From contig KZ538305.1 of the NCBI GenBank assembly GCA_000934665.2, positions 62,001-84,929 on the forward strand: a stretch of 22,929 nt of DNA, read 5' to 3'. The stretch is from Catajapyx aquilonaris (lineage: Eukaryota). Within the stretch, counting starts at the first letter, position 1, and every line of letters begins with the position of its first letter. Below are positions 10,801 through 22,929 of the stretch, in pieces. The notes under the pieces were generated by a model. The model ran no database searches. It saw only the letters and a program-made list of their open reading frames with translations, and was not told where the DNA came from. Both the position numbers and the translations under genes were made by a program.

Positions 10801-12923
10801 TAATTGAGGTCATATGCTGTCTAACAAGATGAAGAAGATTTTTACTGAAAGGGAGTTTGCTATTGATGGATGATTGCAACTTGTGCCCAGCACTCCGATA
10901 ATACGGGGGCCTGGTTGCGTAGTAACACTTTAATTGGCCCATTTATTGCGATGAAATGTGCGGGGGCCAGACTCTGTGGTAAATCAATTTTTCTGCAGTG
11001 AATCCAGCAGGATACTTACTGTACCTAGTAGCCGGTAATGGTGTTTGGGTTTTTGCATTGCAACGACCGCGTTGGCTTGCCCTATGGCGCAGAATGGCCC
11101 ACCCAAATTTTGCAAAATATGAAACTCTTTGTCATTGCACAGCGCACTATAGCTCGCCGACTCCTGCTTTGCTGGGTGCTGTAATTGGGCTTTATTGTTA
11201 TTTATTAACCCTCTTATGTCAGGAGTTTCCAGTAAGCAGTGTCGCTCGTAAGCGCAATGAAAAACCTGTGCGTTAATTAGACCTCTGCGTGTTTTTACTG
11301 TGGGCTTCAACAATATAATCGAGCTGGTTCCATTTTTCATATCACTTTTTCTCAAGTGAAAATCAGAACATATATTACGCTCACAACGTTCAATGAGGCC
11401 ATTATTGTTACGCAATAAATCAGGTTATTTTTTACTGGGAATAAAATATGAGTACCGTAATATACCTCACGGGCTTGATGTACCCCGCAGTTGATGTGTA
11501 TACTCTGTGAATAGCGTTCATTTATAATGGTTCAATGCAGCTTACGTGGTTCTCTGCCAGACAAGCAGAGCATTGAATATGGAGGAAAATATTATGATTT
11601 GCGGACCCCTGTAATTGCTGCGCAGCTCATAGTTCCATGCAGTTATATTGATGTCGGCGGACACACTCTGATTTGATATTTCTCCTGCCTCTCCAGTAAG
11701 GCCTGCTTCTAAAAAATGTAACAATTGGCCGAAGCCTTCTGCATTGTTGATGACAACTGCTGTGCGGCTGTGGCCACACCGGGACCGGGCCTAATTTTTG
11801 GCGTCAGTTTTTCACAGCATCGCGACAGGCCCGGCGCTGACATTTTGGCGCAGGTTTGGCTGCAACTGGACTCCAACGATTTTTTTCTTCTTCTCTTTTT
11901 GATCCTAAACCCGCCCTTTTCCCCAGGAAGCCGGGCATTCGTTTTGGTCAGCTGCGGATCACTTTAGTGTGCCTTTTGGTGCATGCTTGCCTGCTGGACA
12001 AACGCCAATGGCTCTGCCGCATTGTTATCGATATTGATTCCCCCGGAACTGGCAGCATCAGTTTTGGAGCCTGGTACTGCTTGCGGAGGAGGCCTGTTAT
12101 GTGCAGGAGTATTTTTGGGTGGAAGGTGGTGCAGCACCATCGGAAGAAGTGGTCCACCATATGAGAGGATTGTGGCTGAAATATTTCGGTTTTTATTCCG
12201 ACTCTGGAGCTGGAGTGTACCAAAGGGAATGCGGTACCAATGTGGTGAATAATAAAAGACCTTTGCCGAACTGGCTCATGAATGACATGTGCAGGCACAG
12301 CCCGAAATAATAATTGCGTAATGAAAACATGCGCAGGCTTCCAGCACAATACAAGTCACTTATTTGAAGCTTAATGAATTCTGTTCGTGATCAGGCGTCT
12401 GTTTTCTCCATTGTACCGCTCGAAGGAAGCATTATGGAAATTACTCTGGTAGGAGTCACATTCAATCTCTTGCCTACTTCGCTTTCTCTTGGGCTCCCGA
12501 GACTTTCAGTTGCTTGTAGAGAATGGAGCCTCTCGTCCTGATAACAGCCGTTGTTTCGTTTCAAAGAGCATTTTAAAAGAAAAAAAAGGAATTGAAGTCG
12601 GAAAAGAAAGAAAGTAATGGCCGAGTGTTTTACACCTGACAGAACCCATTATTTTCCTCCGAGGCACGTGTGATCAGACCTGGTTTTAAACCTTATCAGC
12701 ATGTATGGCGTGTGTGAGTCAGGTGGTTTTTGCCCAACCTCACCAACCTACCTATTCCGAATTTTATCTCCCGCAAAGTCCATTTTCCGGCTGGGGGATG
12801 CTGTCGCGAATCCAATTTTGGGAAGCCATCGCCTTCACCTGTCCTTTCCAAACCGTATCGTGGATCCTCTGGGAGCCTTGACAAGGTGAAAGGTGCCGAG
12901 GACTGCAGACAGAACTAGTCGTC

Positions 12924-12941
12924 TACCTTTACCTTTACCTT
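12924..12941. repeat. (TACCTT)3 short tandem repeat
   Basis: TACCTTTACCTTTACCTT read directly. Confidence 0.8.
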
Positions 12942-14221
12942 GCTTCCTTCCAGGGAGTTTGTCATTCCCCTTGGCATATTTTAGTTCTTTTTTGAGACGT
13001 GTTTTTTGGCTGTTTGAGGAGCGAGCGGGCCCATTAGCGTGCGGAGAGGCAAAAGCGTTTTTACAAAGAGAAATGAAATGGAGGTGGGGAAGAGGACGGG
13101 TCTTAAATTAAAAGGGAGTGTTTTTGTGGGGAAAAAACTTTAATTCCTGTTTTTAACTTGTTTTGCATGCATTTTGGGGAGGCAGAAGCGGATTTGTTTA
13201 AAAAAAGCCGGATGTCACGCAGATTGAATTAACAGTCCATTATTGAAGGCGAAAACTGGATTTTTGTTAAAAACAGCCACGATGACAAGTTTGGCCAGAA
13301 TTGGCGCTGAAAACAAAAATGGCTTTATCTGGGCGTCGGACCAATTATGTGGGCTAGTTAATAAATATCTAACTTCGGATTAATTCAATAGTGTCACACA
13401 TTGGCAATAATTATTCTGAAAGTGCACCCTGTTGCAACTTTTATATCCCCATCCCCTCTAGCGTGCTATACGGTCGACTGAAATGCGAAAGAGGATTTGT
13501 AATTCGATGTTGTACGGTGTTTAATTACTGCTGCCAGTAAATAAATTAGCTGGAAAAAATTCACTAAGCCTCCCCAACATGTGCAGTAGACTGAACCCAT
13601 CGTTTGTGATTGGCAATGGAACTTCGCTCTAGACGTAAATATGTAGCCACACACAATTGCGCTCAATGCAATTTTGCTTGTCGATACCTGACAGTCTGCA
13701 GGACACTGGGCACTCTGAGTTAATGTGATTAAACTCTGACAATGCGTTTAGTCTCCATGAATTTCGGACAAGACTATCATTACAGGTAAATTTTTTAAAC
13801 AAATGATTTAAACGGATTTTGTGATCAGCCCGAACTTTGTGATGCATTTATCTGAAGATAGACCAATTTTATACCTTTAGAGAGTAATAGGACCCTTGTA
13901 CCCGCCGTATAATGAGCCATGGACCCTTCCTCCTGCATGTGGGTCTCCCAAGTGTGAGGTCGGCCTGGATCATCAGGCCAATATCCGAGCAGCTCCCAGA
14001 ACGCTCTCATCATGTTCTATCCAGGCTACCTTCCCCCCCTCCACACCCAACTGCCGACCCAGCATTGAGCTATGCGATCGATTAATCAATTAGTGCCTTC
14101 CGATCGGTGGTGGTGGTGGAGGAGAGGATGATGATGCACCCCACCGACCAACCTTTTCATCCCTATAGTATGTGTGCGTGTGGTGCATGAGATGAGCGGA
14201 ATGCTGATTTTTCATCAACTC

Positions 14222-14237
14222 TTTTTTTTTTTTTTTT
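14222..14237. repeat. Poly-T homopolymer (T16)
   Basis: Read directly; no recognisable SINE/LINE body or TSD attached. Confidence 0.85.
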
Positions 14238-14415
14238 GAGGAGCATCTTCAGGATTTTGGCGGATGGATTTATTGAGCGGATTAAACCGGGTCATCAAGT
14301 GTGAAATAGGGAGACTTTCGTGCTTCAAATTGGGTTACATAATTCGGAGCGGACTCTCATTAGGACGATTACTTAATGAGGATGGGTAGTGTCCAAGGTT
14401 ATTGCCATTTGGAGC

Positions 14416-14428
14416 GGNGGGGGGGGGG
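14416..14428. other. Poly-G run containing an ambiguous base (N at 14418); possible assembly join or uncertainty
   Basis: GGNGGGGGGGGGG, the only N in the window. Confidence 0.85.
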
Positions 14429-17400
14429 CTCTGTTTTGAGCAAGTTGCACTAACGTGGTGCTGTATTGAAAGACTCGGATATGATCATGAACCACACAGT
14501 CATTTTGCAATAATCGATGGAAAGTATAGTTTCTATGCAAAGTTGTGTAAAACCTGCTGTAAAAATTATCCTAAAATTGGATCACGGCATAGTCTACCAA
14601 CATGCACGAATTCCCGTACGCGTTAAAGATCTAAAATCAATGTTATTTTTTGAACAATATGGAAGTAGAACACAAATACGTTCTGCCCTAGATAACTAAC
14701 ATTTAGTGAGATATTTGGTGCTTGTCACATGATGTTCCCGGTGACAAAAAGTACATGAATGTTTTATGGATAATTTCACATCAATTACGGAATGGTTCTG
14801 CGGCTGCTTTGTAAAGATTATAACATGAAATTATTATGCACTGAAAGGGGTTGTTCGGGGTTATTAATGTTTGTCCAGCATACCGTAGGCCTATGTGGTT
14901 CCCTTTACCTGTACTACGCGTACGGCTGAATTAATGAAATGCACATACAGATCATATTCCGAAATGACCACTTTGTTTTATTAGCTGTAGTTTAATAATA
15001 TTGTATTAATAAAGAATCATTACATTCAATAAGTTGCGAGTTTGCTGTCCATTTTGGCTGCATGCTTGACTTTAAAGTAATTTACTTTGACTTGAATTAC
15101 ATAGTCTACATTTCAAAATTGTGATTAGTTCTGAAATACTGTCACTATACTGCCAATCATTCCAGGATTGCAATCAGGCCAGCAGTAATTATTGCATTGG
15201 TAATTTTGCCTGTGTATCTCAGTTTCGACAGACGAGTGACACATCACAGTTACATATACTCTATCTTTCACCGAAGCGCTCGAGTAATGTTTGTTGTTAG
15301 TAGTCATTGTGCCGCATTAATTAGCTAATTGCCACCGAAAAAAAAAACCTGCAGTGTGTCAGCTCTTTTGTCCCTAAAACAAGAAAAGGAACAAAAAAAA
15401 TCAACGCATGCAACAATTTGCTCTTCGCATTTAAAAACCACACATTGTCTACCCCAGCGTGCAATATAATTACGTACCGGCACTTAACAGGGCATCAGAT
15501 AACTACAAATTAGCAATAATTAGTGTTGAACGATGTACAAGCTATCAGAACTCGCCAGGAGGTACCAAACACATTGTTTAACATTTTGTGACCAGCCCTC
15601 ACTTTACCCATGCTAATTTTACAATAATCACTCCCGTTATTACATACTCGTACAGTAACCGAGAAAGTCCCTGGAAACATAAGGTCCGTCCTTTATTGTC
15701 CGGTGGGTCGAACCTGCAAGAGCAATCAACTTTGCTTTTGTGCTGACTGAATTTTTTTTTCAAAGAAAAGGAAAGAAAAAATGTTGAGCTTCTAGATGCG
15801 TTCGGCAGCGGTTATGAGCTCTTAGGAAGGGGGGGCCACATCAATATATGCTGTACGTGGGGCTATTTCATTCTGCTGTTATGACACTCGTATATCAAAC
15901 TCCGTATTTGGTCTGACAAGCTGGTGCATTATCACGCCCAGATTTCGGCCGAGGGCGACGCTTAACGCAGTTAAAACGGCGCCATTTCCAGTCCAGAATC
16001 ACATGACGGGGACGGAAAGACTTCACCTCGGAGCACATTTGCAAAGGGCTCAAATTGAACTGCAGTCAAGAAAGAGAGACAAATCATGTCCGGACCGTTT
16101 TTTCAACGTAGCAAAAAAATTTATGCAGAATTACACGGGTCAGCGTCTGATCTATGGGCTTGGCTCGGCGGATTTTTGTTGTTGCCGTTCATGCTAAGCC
16201 TCGAGCCGAGCCGTCATATCTCAAGTTGTCAAAATAAGACTTTCTTGCCAGGTCAAAAATGGAGGATGCAGAATGGTTATGACTTGCCACAGCTTTGTGT
16301 TGCTGGTACATATTTGTATTGCTGTGTGTGGAAATCAGCGTCGAGTAACCTAAAGAATTTTGCAAATATGATATGATCGCGAAATATTTGTGCAATGTGG
16401 CAGGATTGAAACACATTGTAATATCTGTACAGTGACTGACAGTCTGGGAATGTTCCCTTGCTTGCAATTCAGATCAGACTTCGCAGTGAGAAAGAGAAGC
16501 ACGTACTGTACGTTTCCGAACTACCCTTTATGGCAGGCGTATTTCCAGAACTGTAATAATTTCCCTGCGCTCTCCTCTTCACTCAAGCATGTAATGTTTT
16601 CCAACTCATCAGGGTGCATTCGGAAGACTAGGTTAAACTTGGGGTAGGTCTTAACTGCATATACACTGACTGCCCCATTCATCTAACTCATCAGTCTCTA
16701 AACAGCGCGGGGTAATATTCGCCGCTCTAGTTTCAGTGCTGCATTGCACTAGAGTTTTAATAAAGAAGGGCACGAAACTCGACGAGTGTTTGCCAAGTGG
16801 GCTCATCCGACTAATAAAGCTGCAACTAATTAATCCTCATTAAACTACTATCACGAGTCCCGCACAGCTAATAAAAATAGTGGCGCATCAGAACAGCAGT
16901 AAACTAATGAAAATATTTACAGCCTTATTCGCGCATAACTTTCGCGAGCGATTCAGCCTGGCAAAGGAGCATCGCCGTGTTACAAAAGCCTCTTTTCATT
17001 CCTGTTTACAAGAGCAGCGGGGAAGCAGGCCGGGCAATTTGGCTCTTCTGGAAACAGTGCGAGGTGACAATGGAAGAAGAGCAATGGGTCGAGGAGCAGG
17101 CCCAGGCAAGTGGCTTGGAAAGGAAGGCTCCATATAACCGTAGAGGATTGCAGGGGGTGAGAGAGATAGAGTTGGTACGTTCATAATGAGGCTGCTCCGG
17201 GTATTGATTGGCCCACATGCAGCTCTCATCGGAGAGTCTGAGCTGCAAGGTCTAGATGTTGGTGGTGCTCCAGACAGCAGGGCTTTCTCCTCTCCCAAAA
17301 AATGGTCGTCAATCCCGAGCATTTGAGAGGTTATGCTGGACATTCACCTTAACGAGCACGTTTTGTACTCCGGTTGAAGACCCGAAAAAATCCGGATCAA

Positions 17401-20400
17401 TAGGCACACTTCGCACAAGTTAGTGCAAATCTTATTAAAAGACGGGGATCAATTTTCTTCGAGGGAGAAGTGAACAGGTTCACTTAGCTAGATTACTACG
17501 TTTCATCGTATAGATCGTTACGAAGAATGGTGGAGCATACTTTCCTTAAAGAGGCACTACGTTCCTGATAATATGATTAAGCTGACATATTTCAGCCAAT
17601 TTGTGGGATTGCTTCTGACCCGGTCTCTACTTATATTGTCCTTTTTTATATTTCCTCGCACTGTTTCAGTTCCTACTGCCGGAGAAGGGGAAAAAATAGG
17701 ACAAAGTACTCGGTCCTCATTTGATGGACGCCCCCAGACTTCCTTCCTCTCATCACCAAACTTCTACACCATGACGGTGGAGAAAGATGGTTCCTTACTC
17801 TATTTTTTTGCTTTCCTTTTCTTTTGGAGGCTGTTACGGGTCTTGTCGAGTCCCAAAAGCACCTGCTTCCATTCTTATAATGAGGCAGGAGGCTTCCAAG
17901 GAAAGCCGGCAGGGGTTGAAGGATAGAAAAGGTTGCCAGTTCGAAACGAGGGGCGAACTACTACTCTTTTTTTTGGCTCTTTCTGATTGCCCCTATTTTC
18001 TAGCTGAAACTGATATGAACGGGTTCGTTAAGGAGGGAAATCCAAGCAGCCAAAAAGCTTGCCTTCCCTCTCCTTCCCAATTCTCCCTTCCAAGTTTGTA
18101 CAGCGGAATGGCCCTCCAGAGTAAAATTACACTTTGGCTGCCTTTTCAGTAATTTTTACTGCTGGAGGTACTCGAGCAAAGAGCGCACCCGGTATCCCAA
18201 ACGTACACTTCACTTTAATTAGATGGACACTCCGGCCCATGACCAGTCCGGTCTCATTTTTTGCCCATTATGAATGTCGCAATTTTTTGGGACGGAGGGT
18301 ACGACATATTTGATCTCATAATGCAAAATTGCTATTTTAAGACTGCACGAGTGAATGTAATTAATGGAAAGGAAATGGGTGCCGCTTGTACGTACTTCGA
18401 AAGGTTCCAGCGAAAATTAATGTTCAAAGCGAAATGATCATTGACAGCCCGGAAGCAATATCATAAACCAACCCCCCTTTGTGCAAAACATGTCCATTAT
18501 TTAGGTGTATTTGCGACCTCCAAATATTTGCTCGCCAAATGGCATCCGAAAGTGTCGCGCATGGGGACAGCACCTAAAAGGGAAGCTGTTGCGTGAAAGA
18601 GATTTTTGCGGCTTTACATGATGTTCAGGTTAAGGGATTCACGCCCCCCAAAGTGCTCGCCATAATTGACGCAGCTATTTGACTTCATGGAAACCTTCCA
18701 AGTGCTTCTGGGCAGAGTTAAATCCCAAGCGCACTCTTTATATGAATGTGAGTCCAAATTTGGATGTTCATATGACCTACCAACAAAACTATTCCAGCTC
18801 TAAGATTCTTACCTGGAGGCGTTATGTTACTGTAATTAGCGGATAAAATTTCTTAAACTGTGCATTGTTGAACAAAATATGGTTTGTTTCAATTGGATGT
18901 AAATTAATAATAGTGAAGGTGCATATTGTTTTATATTTTTATTACAAATAATAGTGCTATACTGATTTTCATTACCTTGCTCGAATCATTAATTTTCTAC
19001 GTATAACATGCAATGTTTTGAGAGCACAACATGTATCGTGATAAACGTGCAGTTGAAGTAAGGTAACGACCACGATCCGCACTTGGAATCGTACGGGTAA
19101 AAGATAAGGCAAGAGTGCGCTTCATTCGCTCGTAAAATAAAGAGAGCCATCTAAATGGCATTGTTAACAGTGAGAGGTAATTGCACTCAGCTATTTCCAG
19201 GAACCAGGAAATTCCTTTTCCCCCTGACATGAAAGTTTCAAGGAATTAGATAGAAACATAGGATTTCTCTCCACCGAAGCCAACAAGTTAAACATTTATC
19301 AGTGGAATTCCCAAATCGAATTTTTTCCCTCTCCACCTCTTTGTCTTTGTTCGCAGCCCAGCAAAGGATTGAGTGACTGAGATAAATGCGAAGATAATTA
19401 AAGTTTAAACTCTTAATTTTGGGCTATTTGATTGGACAGGTAGGAAAAATGACTGATTATTGCTTCTACCATATTTTCTTGGCCTTTTATATACCACGAG
19501 TTATACATAAATCTCAAGAAATGTATGGCCAGATTAGTGCTATGCACAAACGAATTTCTTGTAGCAAAGTGGCCCTCGTTGTCTGCCAACTCAATTTTTA
19601 GTAGAAGCTGAAGTCGTCCATATAACATGAGTACAAATCCCATTCAGTTTGTCTCCAGCGTCCGGAGAATTTTTGGAACTCAGCTCTGGGAAGCGTCTCG
19701 GTAATCAAATAATACTTCAGGTAAACTACTGCTGGCATCATTTCAGACTCGGATGATGTTTTTTTACCTCGTATTTTTTTCTTCTTCTTAAAAGCTTTGT
19801 TTTCTTTTTCTAGGAGCGTGAAGAGTCGCACTGAATCCAACCCATTTCAGATATGGTGTTCTTTCGAGTGTCGCCAAAGTTCCATGAAAGTAAACAATTG
19901 GGAGTGTTGAAACTTTGCCTCTTCACGAATTAAACTGTCTCTTTCTCCTCCCCCCAGCTCTTTGGTAGCTAATAGTCTGCAAGGTTGGGAGACTTTCTCC
20001 GGAATGGAAACGCCTTTATCTCCGAGGGGGGGGGGGGCTGGACCATTGTCGCCGATCGGTGGAAAGGGAAGGTTTGCTTTGTGCTAGTCCTCCGGAGTTT
20101 CCGATTACTTGGTGGAAGGGATTTGGACGAAAGTAGGTGATGGAGATAAGCGAACTATTATTTACGTGTGCGGAGTACCTTCAGAAAATTCGCAACCTCT
20201 GTGTCAGTGGGTCATGGCCGTCAAGATTTGATTGCGACCCATTGTTCCGTCTTGTCACGTGGTTGCTCCTTCTATATTGTCTTCGTTTCCTTTTCTCTTT
20301 TTTTTCTGGTGCTGGCGTGAAATTAATTGTTGGACGACAAGCAGAGAAACACCATCCCCCCGAGTGGATTGGCTGTTTGGCTGGCCCATTTTATGGGCAC

Positions 20401-22204
20401 TCTAAGCAGTTCATGCCGTTTCATGCACAGAGGCGCCTTTGTGGGTGGGCCGTTCAATTTGAGAGAGATATGCCGCCGGGGTATTAGGGACCTACCAAAG
20501 GGCCAGCAGACTCCTTTTTTGTCCTAAAAGAAGTGGAATAAACAACCGAAAGTAAAGGAGATTCCAGGCTCGTAGAACCACAAATGAAGAGCTAGAAGGT
20601 TTGTAATTTTGGTTGCTGCTTTTGTTTGCTTTATAGTCCAGAGTAATGTTGCAGGCTGTAGTTGAACCTCGGACATGCATGCTCGCACTTAGCCGCCTGT
20701 GTGCGAATATTAGGCTTATAATAGATGCGCATTATGTCGAGCAAATTATATTGCTGGCAGAATAGTGAGTCCGCGGTTATATGAACGTGGGCGCCATGTT
20801 TATTGCATAACTGATTGGCTCACATCATTGCAACCTATTGTGAGCGCTAATTACTTAATTTATGACGCAGTACTCACGTGCTTATTTCGGCTTCCAATTA
20901 CGATGACAATGTGTGTGCAGCTGCCGTGCACTATGCTCATGTCAAGACACATCACGAGTGTGATTAAATCGAAATACCCAATAAACTACAAATTTTTTGA
21001 TGCCATCCATTGAAACCGCAAAATTTTTACTGCACTAACTGAAGAATCTTCGTGGCTCAGACTGAAAATACACACCATACGTATGGAATTTCAGGAGCTG
21101 GCTTTAACTCCATTTTGAGAAAACATGTGCCCAAAATGGCGCCTGAGAAAATCCCCAGGAACTTCCCAAAATCCGATCCTCTCACGACCTTCTCCCCTTC
21201 CTCGCAGGACGGTAACCCTATGGCAATTCTATCAACCCTCTTTCAATGGTGGCCGGAAAACCATTATTTTGTTTGTAGGTTCCTTGGAGAGGCTGAGAGA
21301 TTGCTTCCGGAATCGGAGTCATCTTCTCTCGCGCTGTTGGAGGAACGAAAATTGTGTCGCTGGAAAAAAGAACTATAGGCTTATAACCATATCCGATTTC
21401 CAGCAGTTAACGTTGTACTGCGTAAATAATTGGAACCGAGCGACTGAAGCCCGGTTTTTTAAAAGGCGACATCAGGTTTCAGCGGATGTGGGGCATCCGA
21501 GAGTGATTTTTACCTTATCCTCACCCAAGTTGTGAGGCGGAATAAATTGTTCAGCAATTCCCGGAAGAATGGCCCCTTTTGCCTCTCGAGATTCATAGGT
21601 TTGAGGCGATGGCCTAGAAAGAGGGGGTAGCAAGAGAGAAGGAAACGCATTCTTCTTCAGCCCTTTTCCTATATACACCAACCACCATCCCCATTATCCT
21701 CCGGATGATAGATCAGCCCCATTTCGAAGCCTTCTAAAACTTTGTGGGTTTTCAATTAGAAACAGTCAATCCGAGCACAAAAAATGTAAAAAAAAGAGGG
21801 TAGAGATTCCATCCCCAAAAGGGAGTTAAAACAGATCCATTTTATATCCGAGGTTAGCAAAAGTTTGTGGGGGAGCTGGCAGTTGGGTGATTAATTTCCC
21901 CTGCAATGACCAGATATGGAAAACGAAAAGTCAAACTCGGTCTGTGGGTCTGCTGTGTTGAAGGCGAGATTTTGTACGAGGTTGTCCACTAAGCCTCAAT
22001 TTCCCTCGAAGCGCAAGGGAGAAAGCTTCTGGTATCCAAAATGGAGCTCGCGTGGGCTCAGTTGTAATATAATGAAGATTACTCTCTACTGATACGGAGT
22101 CTGCATTCTCTGGTCTCCTCTGGGACTCTGTGTATGTGAACAGGGACTAGATGAGATGGAAACCTCTTGCCATATTGTTGGAAACGCTTAGCGTGAGTGA
22201 TTTG

Positions 22205-22240
22205 CTAACTTGATATCTCATTTTCTCTTTGCAGGTAAGT
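22205..22240 (+). other. Candidate recursive splice site (ratchet point): 3' splice site directly abutting a 5' splice site
   Basis: CTAAC branch motif (22205-22209, branch A 22208, 26 nt before the acceptor G), tract TCTCATTTTCTCTTTG, CAG (22232-22234), then consensus donor GTAAGT (22235-22240). No other AG lies between branch point and acceptor. Confidence 0.7.
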
Positions 22241-22285
22241 GAATCTGGGATCTCGCAGAATGTGGTGGCTATACTCTTGCTAAAG
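22235..22285 (+). other. Candidate 51-nt cryptic RS-exon / microexon
   Basis: Bounded by the acceptor at 22234 and a strong donor AAG|GTAAGA (GT at 22286-22287). Open only in phase 0 (VSESGISQNVVAILLLK); the other two frames hit TAA or TGA at once. Confidence 0.5.
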
Positions 22286-22929
22286 GTAAGATGTAGAGAC
22301 TATTGAGTGCAAAGCAGCGAACAGAAATTATAGCCGGGGTTGAAACGGAAAAAAAGAAGAAAATGTCGTTATCCGAATTCAATAAATACAGTGGAGGAAA
22401 TGGAGGAGGCATCAAAATGTGAAGATACAGTGAATTTAATGGATTATGCATCTCGGAATTGATCTCGTTTCCAATACCTTTTGCCTTTTTCTGGTTACTA
22501 CGTCAGTGTAATGATATTGATTCCGTTCTGAACATCTTGGCTCTCACTTTCTAACTTTCTCCGACTTCTTTTTTCATCCGAGTTTCCTTTTCGAGTCCGA
22601 AACTTGATCCGCTTTTGAGCAGACTCGAGCTTCAGTGACTCTCTATTCTTCGTCAACTCTAGAAATGCAGATATCTCCACCTTTGCTTGCACATAAATTT
22701 GTATAGGGTACTACTTCACCGATGCAGTTTGATGCCCGATAAATGTGTCATCGCGCACTGTAAATCCCGACAGGAAAGAGGGGGAAAAAGTCGCTTCTGC
22801 ACTGAATCTCGACGCTTATACACTTTTTTTTATCTTGTAAAGTTCACTCCATATGCACTTTGTCTCTAAGTTTCTGGGGCGACGTCGGTGGACTGAATTC
22901 GAAGGATTTGCTTTCCGTTCTCTTTGGGG

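Noticed and set aside
18808..18840. Minus-strand CAG|GTAAGA as a recursive site
   Set aside because: Good donor but no pyrimidine tract upstream on that strand.
17..22869. All ORFs in the supplied track (60-152 aa)
   Set aside because: Short, overlapping on both strands, often with non-ATG starts and homopolymer-derived runs. I recognise no domain, including transposase, reverse transcriptase or homeodomain. Consistent with chance ORFs.
1..22929. tRNA, rRNA, snRNA, conserved miRNA, CRISPR array, prokaryotic operon
   Set aside because: None recognised by eye and no regularly spaced repeats. An Infernal/Rfam and miRBase search is needed to exclude divergent RNAs.

Overview
Non-coding eukaryotic DNA, most likely from an invertebrate animal. 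This is inferred from the short homopolymer runs, microsatellites, frequent CpG, metazoan-type splice signals and lack of gene-dense organisation. None of the six-frame ORFs (all 152 aa or shorter) resembles a protein family I recognise, so I call no CDS. Two structures are well supported. (1) A 1146-bp non-autonomous DNA transposon at 6729-7874 with ~290-bp imperfect terminal inverted repeats, 5'-GGG...CCC-3' ends and a perfect 4-bp AGAG target-site duplication, which fits Sola2. (2) A strong candidate recursive splice site (ratchet point) on the + strand at 22234/22235: branch point CTAAC, pyrimidine tract, then CAG|GTAAGT. A second strong donor 51 nt later (AAG|GTAAGA) would define an RS-exon. 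The second feature suggests the window lies inside a very long + strand intron. Minor features are a compound (AAT)20/(TAT)4 microsatellite with a palindromic junction, a (CT)8 run, a G-quadruplex motif and one ambiguous base. All comparisons were made by eye; no searches were run.
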